DNA from: a virus
Length of the DNA stretch: 64,000 nt
Direction: 5' to 3' (one strand)
Virus record (IMG/VR): IMGVR_UViG_3300027631_000002
Span: 32,001 to 96,000 of that record
The notes below the pieces were generated by a model. The model was not told the origin of the DNA, ran no database searches, and worked only from the letters and a program-made list of their open reading frames with translations. This document shows, in pieces, positions 37,427 to 46,330 of the stretch (within the stretch, counting starts at the first letter, position 1; each line of letters opens with the position of its first letter). A program made the position numbers and the translations under genes.

Positions 37427-37760
37427 TCTAGAATTAAATGGATTTAACTCTAATTTTGGTGATTTTAAAATAGTATCTATTTTAAGTGATTATGAAAGTC
37501 ATTGGATATTGGGTTTAACTTCTATTATTCTTGAAAAAGATAGTTTATATTTTTTTATTCAAGATGATAAAGAGAAAATTAGTGATGTTTCTAAGATGCC
37601 GATTTATATAAAAGAGGATTGGATAAATTATAATAAAAATGATTTAAGTTTAGATATTATAAATAAACATATTAAGTATTATAAAAATGATGATGAAGAT
37701 ATGTTTAACTTGCTAATGACAATACGAAGAGATTTTATACTTACAAAGTATATTAAATAA
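37419..37760 (+). CDS. hypothetical protein with RDxK-like tail
   Basis: ends RRDFILTKYIK. Confidence 0.7.
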   Translation: MNNLELNGFNSNFGDFKIVSILSDYESHWILGLTSIILEKDSLYFFIQDDKEKISDVSKMPIYIKEDWINYNKNDLSLDIINKHIKYYKNDDEDMFNLLMTIRRDFILTKYIK

Positions 37761-37801
37761 AAAAAACCACTCAATGAGTGGTTTTTCTTTTATTATTAAG
37801 A

Positions 37802-38323
37802 TTAAAGTGGTAATTCTTCCTCTTCATCCTCTTCTTGAGCTTGTCCTTGTGCAGGTTCTTGAGCTTGTCCTTGTGGTTGAGCTTGTCCTTGTGTAGGTTC
37901 TTCAAATTCTCCTTCTGTAGGTTCTTGAGCTTGTGGTTGAGCTTCAGTTTGTACTTGTGGTTGAGCTTGTGCTTGAGGTTCAGTCTGTGCTTGAGGTTCA
38001 GTCTGTACTTGAACTTGTCCTTGTGTTTGTGCTTGTGTTTGACCACCCATTATAGCACCACCAGGAATCTTATCTATATCTAAGAAAGTAGTTGTTACAT
38101 ATTTAATAATTTCTTCGGCAATATCTACATCACCAAAAAATTGACGTAAGTTTTTACCTGTAGTATCTTTTACTTTTTTAACATAAGCGTTTATTAAAGA
38201 TTGAGGTAAGTCAATCATAGTTTTTACTTTATAAAGATCGTTAACTTGGAAAACAGATTCTTTGATAATCTCTTCTCTATTTTTTTGAATACGAAATTTT
38301 TCAAATGCTTTAACGTGTTTCAT
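37802..38323 (-). CDS. tagged protein with Q/P/E-rich low-complexity tail
   Basis: MKHVKAFEKF; QAQ/QGQ/EPQ repeats. Confidence 0.75.
   Translation of the reverse strand: MKHVKAFEKFRIQKNREEIIKESVFQVNDLYKVKTMIDLPQSLINAYVKKVKDTTGKNLRQFFGDVDIAEEIIKYVTTTFLDIDKIPGGAIMGGQTQAQTQGQVQVQTEPQAQTEPQAQAQPQVQTEAQPQAQEPTEGEFEEPTQGQAQPQGQAQEPAQGQAQEEDEEEELPL
37835..38045. repeat. imperfect coding tandem repeats
   Basis: TTGAGCTTGTCCTTGTG and related units repeated. Confidence 0.75.
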
Positions 38324-38391
38324 GTTTTTGTTTATTTTTTATATGATTTATATATTAAGAATAAAAAGCCATTTTTTGTATTTTTTATAAA

Positions 38392-38901
38392 TTATTGAAT
38401 AATACCCAATGCGGCCAGTACTAATCCTATTATTACTACAGATCCACCTATTCCACCTACAACCATCTTTGTTTTTAGTCTTGATAATTGACTATTTTTC
38501 TCATCAATTACTTTTTGTCTATTGACTATTTCTGTTTCTAGTATTTTATTTTTTTGCATCCAAGCAAGTATCTCACCTTGTAGAGCTTTAATTTTATCAT
38601 CTTTTACTAAAATTTGTCCGTCTAATTTTTTAACAACAATATCTAGTTTGGTGATTGCCTTATTCTTTTCATCAATTACTTTTAATGTTAGTGTCTCATA
38701 ATCTTTCATTTCTTCTGCCAACTTTTCAAATTTTTCTAAAATATTTGAATTATTATTAAGATGCATCGCTTGTGGAATAGTCATTATTATTACTTTTTGA
38801 CCAAGTGAATCAACCTCAAACTTTGGATATTCTATTTGCTTACCCTGTGAAAACATTGTTGTAAAAACTAATGTTATTAGTATTGTAAATAATTTTCTCA
38901 T
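38392..38901 (-). CDS. signal-peptide coiled-coil protein with C-terminal TM (spanin-like)
   Basis: signal peptide, heptad repeats, hydrophobic C-terminus. Confidence 0.55.
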   Translation of the reverse strand: MRKLFTILITLVFTTMFSQGKQIEYPKFEVDSLGQKVIIMTIPQAMHLNNNSNILEKFEKLAEEMKDYETLTLKVIDEKNKAITKLDIVVKKLDGQILVKDDKIKALQGEILAWMQKNKILETEIVNRQKVIDEKNSQLSRLKTKMVVGGIGGSVVIIGLVLAALGIIQ

Positions 38902-38920
38902 TTTTATTTTTATTTTTAAG

Positions 38921-39511
38921 TTACTTAGTAATAATTATCAAAGTTTGTCCTGTTTGTAAACCATTCGCCAAAAACTTATTTTGTTCAATTATTTCAGTTA
39001 TACTTACATTATATAGCTTTGATAAAGAATATAATGTTTCATGTTTTAGTACTTTATGTCTAATTTCTGTTGGTTTATCTACTTTTTGAATCTCTTTTGT
39101 TGTTGTATTTTTTACTAAATCTTTTAAAAGTTCCTCATCAGTTAGAACTTTTGGATTATTTTTCAACTCTTCAATTTCTCTTCGTGTCTGAGCCATATCT
39201 CCTTTTATACTGGAAAGTTCTGACTCAAATTTCGCAGCCATTGCTCTTGCAATCATTACTTCTTTTTTTGCATTGGTAACTTCTATTATCAATTTCTTAT
39301 CTTCTATATCTTTTAGTCGGTATACCTCCTGCCAAGCAGCAACTTTTTCTTCTGCAATTTTTTTCTCTGCTTCTAATTTTTTATAATCTCTTTCAAGTTG
39401 TTTAACTCTTTCTTTTGATTCAGAAAAACCACCGAAGTACCAAGTAAGTCCAAAACCAACTGTTGATATTAGTAAAAATAAAATTAGAATTATATTAAAG
39501 TTAAGTTTCAT
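38921..39511 (-). CDS. TM plus coiled-coil plus LysM protein (i-spanin-like)
   Basis: N-terminal TM; HKVLKHETLYSLSKLYNVSITEIIEQN..LQTGQTLII. Confidence 0.75.
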   Translation of the reverse strand: MKLNFNIILILFLLISTVGFGLTWYFGGFSESKERVKQLERDYKKLEAEKKIAEEKVAAWQEVYRLKDIEDKKLIIEVTNAKKEVMIARAMAAKFESELSSIKGDMAQTRREIEELKNNPKVLTDEELLKDLVKNTTTKEIQKVDKPTEIRHKVLKHETLYSLSKLYNVSITEIIEQNKFLANGLQTGQTLIIITK

Positions 39512-39647
39512 ATTTTTTCATTGTTTTTTATTATATATTAAATTTTTTTAGTCTGGCTAGTAATTCTACTAAAACATATAATAATACTAATAATAGTTTA
39601 TATATTAAATTTTTTTATATATATTTGTATAAAATTTTATAGAAAAT

Positions 39648-40160
39648 ATGGAAATAAAAAAATTGATATGTTTTGACTTTGATGATACTCTTTGTCATAC
39701 CCTTAAACCAGAGGAAGGTAAACCTATCTGGAAAGAAAAATTTGGTACAGATTGGCCTTATAAAGGATGGTGGTCGAAGCCAGAAACTTTGGACTTAGAT
39801 ACTTTTGATACAAAAATAAACCCTTATGTTTACCAAGAATATCTTAAAGCCGTTTCTGATCCTGATAACTATGTTTTTTGTGCAACAGGTCGTATTGAAA
39901 AATTAAGAACTGAAGTGGAAAAAGTTTTACATAAACTAAATTTATCATTCGATGCTCTATATTTAAACAATGGTGGAGACACCTTTACTTTTAAAAGTAG
40001 ATTATTTGAAAAACTAATTAGTGAATTGCAACCAGAGGAATTCATCATGTATGATGATAGATTTGAGCATCTAGTTGAATTTGAAAAATGGACGGAAACT
40101 ATTGATTGTAAAATCACTATAATAGATGTAATAAACAAAACAACAAAAACATTCAATTAA
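39648..40160 (+). CDS. HAD domain, Swiss-Army-knife RNA repair type
   Basis: FDFDDTL, GWWSKPE, ATGR, MYDDR. Confidence 0.75.
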   Translation: MEIKKLICFDFDDTLCHTLKPEEGKPIWKEKFGTDWPYKGWWSKPETLDLDTFDTKINPYVYQEYLKAVSDPDNYVFCATGRIEKLRTEVEKVLHKLNLSFDALYLNNGGDTFTFKSRLFEKLISELQPEEFIMYDDRFEHLVEFEKWTETIDCKITIIDVINKTTKTFN

Positions 40161-40161
40161 A

Positions 40162-40446
40162 ATGCCAACTATTACTAAGAAAAAAACACAGTCTAAAGTA
40201 CAAGAGATTTTATCTAAACCTTATAAACTAATAGTTCATAATGATGATTACAATTCATTTGACCACGTTATTAGTTGTCTAATGAAAGTTTGTGATCATG
40301 AATATGAACAAGCTACACAGTGTGCTCACATAATTCATAATAGTGGAAAATGTGATGTTAAATATGGTGATTTAGAAACCATTTCAGAAATGAAAAATAA
40401 ACTAAGAGGAGCGGGACTCTCTGCTACCATGGAAGTGAATGAATAA
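40162..40446 (+). CDS. clpS: Clp protease N-degron adaptor
   Basis: YKLIVHNDDYNSFDHV..QCAHIIHNSG..V. Confidence 0.92.
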   Translation: MPTITKKKTQSKVQEILSKPYKLIVHNDDYNSFDHVISCLMKVCDHEYEQATQCAHIIHNSGKCDVKYGDLETISEMKNKLRGAGLSATMEVNE

Positions 40447-40476
40447 AAAAAAGACATCTTTAAGATGTCTTTTTTT
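40445..40476. terminator. bidirectional terminator
   Basis: AAAAAAAGACATC-tttaa-GATGTCTTTTTT. Confidence 0.85.
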
Positions 40477-40477
40477 A

Positions 40478-42625
40478 TTATTTACCACCACTATTAAACC
40501 AATTTATTCCAGTTGTATTAGATTCACTAACTGTTTTATTTCTATTTAAAATTTTTCTTCTAACATTTAGTAGTTGTGTATAATCAACAGTTTCTGTAAA
40601 TTCAAGATTTTTTAAACAATCTTCTACATATATCTTAAATGATGGATCTTTTTGTAAAGTATCTTCTACCATCTCTTTAAAATCATTTTTTACAAAAGCA
40701 GATGTTGCATTTACAATAGTCATTACACAGTCATCATGTCCAACATCTGCGGCATATCTAGTATTGCCCGCAGTTGTTGTATGTTTAACAAATGTTGTAA
40801 TCTCTCTAACAGTTTCTTCATTATTTATAGAGAAACCTTTTGAAATCATTAAATCTTGATAATCTTTGACCATCATATTCTTATTCTCACCTACTTTTAA
40901 TCCAACTTTTTCTTCGGTTGCATCAGCTCTATGTTTGTATCTAAGGAAAATAGATGATCCATATTGATTATTCCCATCAAAAACGTGTGGTAGTTCAGCA
41001 AGTAAAGTATTTCCATAGTTATTTAACTCTAAAACTATTTTAACATTATCTGGGTTTAAATACTCAAATGCTAAAATATAAAGTAATTCTGCTAATTGTT
41101 TAACTGAAACTAAGTTACTTCTAAATAATCCAATTTGTTCTAATCTAAAAAAATCTGTAACTGATTTATATGCCAATCTTTGTGATTCTATTGTATCCAT
41201 ATCTTTTTTAGATATTTTAAATATATTTATAATTGAATAATCTTGTCCTAAACCTTCTGCAATATCGACTGATAGTATAATCTTTTCATTTTTCCTATTC
41301 ATTGGTATAAAAATCTCATCATCATCTATCCACCTTAAATCTTTATAACTAAATCTTAATTTACTTTCAAATTCGTAAATCTCCTCAAATTTATAATTTT
41401 TCTTATTATTTAAAAGACTATCAATTATTGCTTCATTTAATAATGACTTACTTGAATTGATAAATCTTAAACCATATTCTTGGTTAAAAGCATCCTCACC
41501 ACCAATATCCTTTACTGCTTCTTCTTTCCAAGTTGTCATCTCACCAATTGCTCTCAAAGGTACTTCGAATCCTTTTGAATCAATAAATGTTAAGTTTTTA
41601 ACATCTTCATCAGTACATCTCTCATTATTAAATACAGAGATGATGTCTTTTTGAAAATCCGAATTGAATCCCATATGAGTTTTTGTTATATTCTCTGGAT
41701 ATGTTTCTTTGATACTACTAAATATTTGTTCTTTTGTTACACCATGTTCATATAATCTATGATCATTTAATCTCAAATATGTAACAAATCTTCCCGGAAC
41801 TTGATGCCAGTAAACACGCATTGCTTTATAGTTATTTTTAAGTGGATCTCCATCTGGCCTTTCTGCATCATTAAGTAATTTATGAAACAAGTTCATACCA
41901 TCTGGTGTTGATGTGATAATAATCTTTGAGTTTTGTACTGCTGACACGGTTGGATAAGCAGCGGTATAGTAAGGTTCGATAATATTTGAGGGAATATGTG
42001 CAAACTCATCAAGATAAAGTACGTCAATCGTAAAACCAATTGCTGGAGTTTTAGACCTTGCGGATGTTTTTATTCTACATCCATTCTCAAATGTTAGAGA
42101 CTTTTGATTCCAAGTTTTAATACCTGGTTTTAAAAAGAATGGTAATAATGAATATATAGACTTAATTTTATCTACAATCTCTACTGCAGTATCTCCTTTA
42201 TTGGCGACAATCATTATATTCTTATCATTACTAAATAGAATTGTATGCAACATGAAAATTGATGCCGATATTGTTTTACCAACCTGACGACTTGCCATTA
42301 GTATGTTAAATCTACTATTTACAAAATTGTCTAATATTTCTTTTTGATACTCTCTCAACTTAATTTGACCTACTGATCCATCTTCTGTTTTTACTTTACA
42401 ATATTGTTCTGTGAAGTAGTGTATATCTAATGCACACTTAATATATTCTTCTTGTTCTTCAGGTGACATCCTAAAAGATACACCTGCTCTTCTTAATCCT
42501 ACTTCAGATTTTAACCAGGGATTTTGGTATCTTTTGATGACGATACCGTCATTTATTTTATCTGTTGATTCATCTACCAGCTTCGTGGTAAAGATCATTT
42601 GTTTTTCTATTATTTCTTTTGCCAT
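40478..42625 (-). CDS. terminase large subunit (T4 gp17-like)
   Basis: ASRQVGKT (Walker A), LDEFAH (Walker B), ITSTPDG, SVDIAEGLGQDYS, GHDDCVM. Confidence 0.95.
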   Translation of the reverse strand: MAKEIIEKQMIFTTKLVDESTDKINDGIVIKRYQNPWLKSEVGLRRAGVSFRMSPEEQEEYIKCALDIHYFTEQYCKVKTEDGSVGQIKLREYQKEILDNFVNSRFNILMASRQVGKTISASIFMLHTILFSNDKNIMIVANKGDTAVEIVDKIKSIYSLLPFFLKPGIKTWNQKSLTFENGCRIKTSARSKTPAIGFTIDVLYLDEFAHIPSNIIEPYYTAAYPTVSAVQNSKIIITSTPDGMNLFHKLLNDAERPDGDPLKNNYKAMRVYWHQVPGRFVTYLRLNDHRLYEHGVTKEQIFSSIKETYPENITKTHMGFNSDFQKDIISVFNNERCTDEDVKNLTFIDSKGFEVPLRAIGEMTTWKEEAVKDIGGEDAFNQEYGLRFINSSKSLLNEAIIDSLLNNKKNYKFEEIYEFESKLRFSYKDLRWIDDDEIFIPMNRKNEKIILSVDIAEGLGQDYSIINIFKISKKDMDTIESQRLAYKSVTDFFRLEQIGLFRSNLVSVKQLAELLYILAFEYLNPDNVKIVLELNNYGNTLLAELPHVFDGNNQYGSSIFLRYKHRADATEEKVGLKVGENKNMMVKDYQDLMISKGFSINNEETVREITTFVKHTTTAGNTRYAADVGHDDCVMTIVNATSAFVKNDFKEMVEDTLQKDPSFKIYVEDCLKNLEFTETVDYTQLLNVRRKILNRNKTVSESNTTGINWFNSGGK

Positions 42626-42672
42626 AATTGGACTTTACTTTTTTTATATATATTGTAAAAAACCGTTTACTT

Positions 42673-43293
42673 ATGTCAAAAAGTGAAGAACAAAGAATTA
42701 GACTACAAGATGAATTCGATCAAATCCAGTCAGAAAACTCGGAATTCGACATCTCTCTACACTTAGCAAAGCCAGAAGATTTACCAGATTTAGGGGAAAT
42801 CGAGATATATGATTATGATGCTGATTTAACTGTGGCTAGTCAACAATCAATGGATGTACTAGAATCATTGGTTGATTTATATCTAAGTGATATACCAAAA
42901 TTAAAAGAACACTCCTATATTAGAAATAAGATGAGAGAGGATGCTATGGTTTATGCTGAAGCAATTTTCTTATCAAAAATGACTAGAAAAAACTTTCTAT
43001 CTCAATTGAGACAAGTTGATAATGGTGATAATGCAGCAAGAATGCATGAAGTCGTCAATCAAACAATTGGTCAGATTAGAGAGAATGGTAAGTTTTTATC
43101 AAATCAAAGAACTGAATTAGAGAAGTTCTATAAAACACTAAGAAAGGACTTAGGTTATAATGAAATTGAAAATCCTGAAGTTAAACAAGCTGAAGCAGAA
43201 AAATCTGATACATCTTCGGAGGGATTAGTTACTAATAATCGAGATCTAAATGATTTGATTAAAAATGCGATGACTAAAAGAGATGAGAAATAA
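42673..43293 (+). CDS. candidate terminase small subunit (gp16-like)
   Basis: divergent from terL; helical; ARMHEV and terminal NRDLNDLIK resemble gp16-like features. Confidence 0.45.
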   Translation: MSKSEEQRIRLQDEFDQIQSENSEFDISLHLAKPEDLPDLGEIEIYDYDADLTVASQQSMDVLESLVDLYLSDIPKLKEHSYIRNKMREDAMVYAEAIFLSKMTRKNFLSQLRQVDNGDNAARMHEVVNQTIGQIRENGKFLSNQRTELEKFYKTLRKDLGYNEIENPEVKQAEAEKSDTSSEGLVTNNRDLNDLIKNAMTKRDEK

Positions 43294-43311
43294 AAAAAGA
43301 CTAACATTATG

Positions 43312-44163
43312 TTAGTCTTTTTTGTATATAAAATTTTCAAAAGTTTTTACAATTTTATTCAGATTTAACTCTACCTTAGTTACAATAAATGGATTTACTT
43401 TATTAAAGGTAACTTGATTTATAATAAGTTCACATTCTTCCATTTTAAGTACCTCTTTTACTTTCTCTTTTACTTCATCATCACTATTCTTTACTAAAAA
43501 TTGAAGTACATCATTTACACCTTTTGCTAATTTGATTGTATTGATGTCATCATCATATAAAGAAACTTCATCATATTTAGTTATTTCTTCTTCTGTAAAC
43601 TTCGTATCAGCAGTCTTTAATCCAATTATATGTTGGAGTACCAATCTTACTTTTTTGTGTACTATATCGTCTCTATCTCTGTTATAGAATGTTTCAGATA
43701 TGAAGTAGAAGTTCTTTATTTTTAGTCCAAAATCTAGAAGTTTTTCTTCTAATTTCTCAATTAGCTTTTCGTAGTTTCTTTTAGAGTTTTTAGAACAAAT
43801 AACATAAATATCATCCTGACTATTATTAAGATGTCTAATGTTCTCTATATGTATTGTAAAGTCACCATTTTCAATAATATCTTTATTCATAAATTCTTGC
43901 ATCGAGAAAGAAAGTTCTGATATATTTACATTATTATTTTTGGATTTAATTTTAATCTTATTAAAAAGTTCTTCACTTAACCAATAAGTTTGTCCATCTA
44001 TATTAAAGTTTATATTATCCTTTTTGTAAACACCTTTTCTTAAAAGATTAAATTCAGACTTTGATATTCTTATCAAAGGTTTATTAGGAGTTCGAGTATT
44101 TACTATCCAAACTTTACTATTCATTGTTATTAGACTATTAAGGTCGAAGAAGTGTGCGTTCAT
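43312..44163 (-). CDS. degenerate HAD-like protein
   Basis: HFFDLNSL..SLYDDD; ends KIVKTFENF. Confidence 0.55.
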   Translation of the reverse strand: MNAHFFDLNSLITMNSKVWIVNTRTPNKPLIRISKSEFNLLRKGVYKKDNINFNIDGQTYWLSEELFNKIKIKSKNNNVNISELSFSMQEFMNKDIIENGDFTIHIENIRHLNNSQDDIYVICSKNSKRNYEKLIEKLEEKLLDFGLKIKNFYFISETFYNRDRDDIVHKKVRLVLQHIIGLKTADTKFTEEEITKYDEVSLYDDDINTIKLAKGVNDVLQFLVKNSDDEVKEKVKEVLKMEECELIINQVTFNKVNPFIVTKVELNLNKIVKTFENFIYKKD

Positions 44164-44215
44164 AGTACTATATATAAATAAAAAAAACCTATCTTTTATG
44201 ATAGGTTTTTATTTT

Positions 44216-44671
44216 TTATCTTAACAATTTTTTACTTAATGCGAAGTCATATAGAACAGGTAAGTTTAAATATTCTATAAAGTGTTTTCTCATATCTTCT
44301 AATGTTTTAGATCTTCTTATAATACTTATAACTAATAATCCAAATTCTTCTTGAAAATCTAAGTAACAATCACACCAAGGTCTATTATAATTCTCTAATG
44401 TTTTCCACTCTTTTTCACCGCCTGTTAGCCAATATAAACTTTTTTCTGGTGATATATTATCAATATTCATTTCTTTAATATCAGTTTTCCAAACTTCGTC
44501 ACTTGCATCACAATTTCTCAACAATAATGAAACTGCTTCTCCTAAATCTGTCGTCATCTCTTTACCTATTTCGAAGAACCATTCATTTCCCTCTCTGCTT
44601 ATTATTATTGTTTTATCATCATAAATGATTTTAGTTCCAATTTCTTTCAGTAAAGTCTTTTTCTTTCTCAT
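44216..44671 (-). CDS. hypothetical protein
   Basis: 151-aa ORF. Confidence 0.72.
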   Translation of the reverse strand: MRKKKTLLKEIGTKIIYDDKTIIISREGNEWFFEIGKEMTTDLGEAVSLLLRNCDASDEVWKTDIKEMNIDNISPEKSLYWLTGGEKEWKTLENYNRPWCDCYLDFQEEFGLLVISIIRRSKTLEDMRKHFIEYLNLPVLYDFALSKKLLR

Positions 44672-44690
44672 AGTTAGTAATTATTTTTAT

Positions 44691-44981
44691 CTAGATAGGT
44701 TTATTCAACCCACTCTTCCAAGTCCCTTTAAAAAATCCATCTTCCCAAATGCCGTTTTCCCATGTTCCATGAAAAGCACCATTCTTGAATATCCCGTATT
44801 TCCAATCTCCATATTTAAAAATACCTTCATGCCAAATTAAGGTTTCTTTCTTAATTTCTATAATAGCATTCTCAACTTCAGAATCAATTAGCCAATTGAA
44901 TCCAAGTTCTTTTAATTTCTTTAAAATTTCTGATTTTGTTGTGATAGATTTATCACTATATTTAAGTTCTATAATTCCCAT
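44691..44981 (-). CDS. small protein with [WF]xxG repeats
   Basis: WHEGIFKYGDWKYGIFKNG..WENGIWEDG. Confidence 0.65.
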   Translation of the reverse strand: MGIIELKYSDKSITTKSEILKKLKELGFNWLIDSEVENAIIEIKKETLIWHEGIFKYGDWKYGIFKNGAFHGTWENGIWEDGFFKGTWKSGLNKPI

Positions 44982-45124
44982 TCTAAAAATAATCTTTTTA
45001 CAAGTATATATATTTTTCAACGTTAGACATTATTTATCTTTTTGTCTAATTTTTCCTCAAAAATGAAGATTTGGATTTGAAAAAAAAATAAAAAATAAAA
45101 AAAACCAAGATTACTCTCGGTTTT

Positions 45125-45634
45125 TTATAATATTTTTATAAGAAATGTTACTTCATTTAATTCAGTATTATCAGATAAATCCTCAAACTCTTCAATTGAT
45201 AATTTATTATCTTCTATATGTACTAACATTTGTACTTTATCATATGTTTTTTCAACCAATTGTGATGTTAGAAGAATGTATTCTTTGACTTCTGATAGTT
45301 TAAAACTGCTTTCTTCATCATCTTCTATGTTTCTAAATATATTTACTTTAAATATGGTTTTAAATTTACCGGTAACCAATTCTCCTTCTTTATTTACATA
45401 AGTATCATTTTCACTAAATCCTACTTCTATTTTAAATCTATCATCTTCTGATAAATAGTTAACTTCATTTTTAATTAGTTTTGACAAGTCTGCTTTTGGA
45501 AATTCATCAGGTAAACTAGGTTTTAGTTCAAACAAAATATTGATTAGTTCGATAACTTCGTGAGTATCTAAGTCTTCGGGTTTAGTATATTTTATCTTAC
45601 CTGAGAAATTCTCATATGTTTTTAGATTTTTCAT
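45125..45634 (-). CDS. tagged hypothetical protein
   Basis: MKNLKTYENF. Confidence 0.72.
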   Translation of the reverse strand: MKNLKTYENFSGKIKYTKPEDLDTHEVIELINILFELKPSLPDEFPKADLSKLIKNEVNYLSEDDRFKIEVGFSENDTYVNKEGELVTGKFKTIFKVNIFRNIEDDEESSFKLSEVKEYILLTSQLVEKTYDKVQMLVHIEDNKLSIEEFEDLSDNTELNEVTFLIKIL

Positions 45635-45679
45635 ATGAGTATATATAAAAAAAACCAGGTGATTTACCTGGTTTTAATA

Positions 45680-46234
45680 TTATTTTCTAAACTTCATTAG
45701 CTTATCAACTTCTGTGTAGTCTTTTCTATCCAATGCGGCATCAATCAATAATTCAATCTCACTTTGTCTTAGTTTTGATAAGTCTTCTGTAATAAGAACA
45801 TCGCTATTATCACTTTGTTTATTTCGTAAAGACTCAATATATCGGTCAAAACTTACCATTCTAATATCATATCCTTTTTCAAGTAAATATAAGTAAGTAT
45901 TTAATGATCTTTCAGTTTTAGGTACTTTAGGTACTTTAACTGGTTTCATATTTTTTAATCTATCATAGATTTTTTTAGTAACTGGTGAAAACTTACTAAA
46001 AACCATGAATCTTGGATCATGAAATTTATTAGTGTATTTACACCATAGTTGTTCTTCCATACCGATAACCTCACCTGTGTTGGATTCAACATATAATTTA
46101 TTAGAACCTGTTTTTTTATCATTTAATAATACCTCAAAATCCCAAGAATATGTTTCTGAAATACTAAAAATTTGTTTTAAATCCATTGTCTTTAGATTTA
46201 AACAAACTACCTTATCAATATTAAAATCTGCCAT
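45680..46234 (-). CDS. hypothetical protein with IDEAL-like C-terminus
   Basis: IELLIDAALDRKD; start corrected past TATCTTTG (46252-46259). Confidence 0.65.
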   Translation of the reverse strand: MADFNIDKVVCLNLKTMDLKQIFSISETYSWDFEVLLNDKKTGSNKLYVESNTGEVIGMEEQLWCKYTNKFHDPRFMVFSKFSPVTKKIYDRLKNMKPVKVPKVPKTERSLNTYLYLLEKGYDIRMVSFDRYIESLRNKQSDNSDVLITEDLSKLRQSEIELLIDAALDRKDYTEVDKLMKFRK

Positions 46235-46330
46235 AGTTATTTTTATTTTAACAAAGATAAAGATAATATTTAAAATATCCAAAAATGATACTTATTATTT
46301 TATATATATACTAAAAATTTTTTTATCATA

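Noticed and set aside
37771-38083. HKHKHK and SLSLCL repeat ORFs
   Set aside because: Alternative-frame and antisense readings of the Q-rich repeat in 37802-38323
41530-41800. Intein in the terminase
   Set aside because: No N-terminal Cys/Ser, no C-terminal His-Asn, no LAGLIDADG motif
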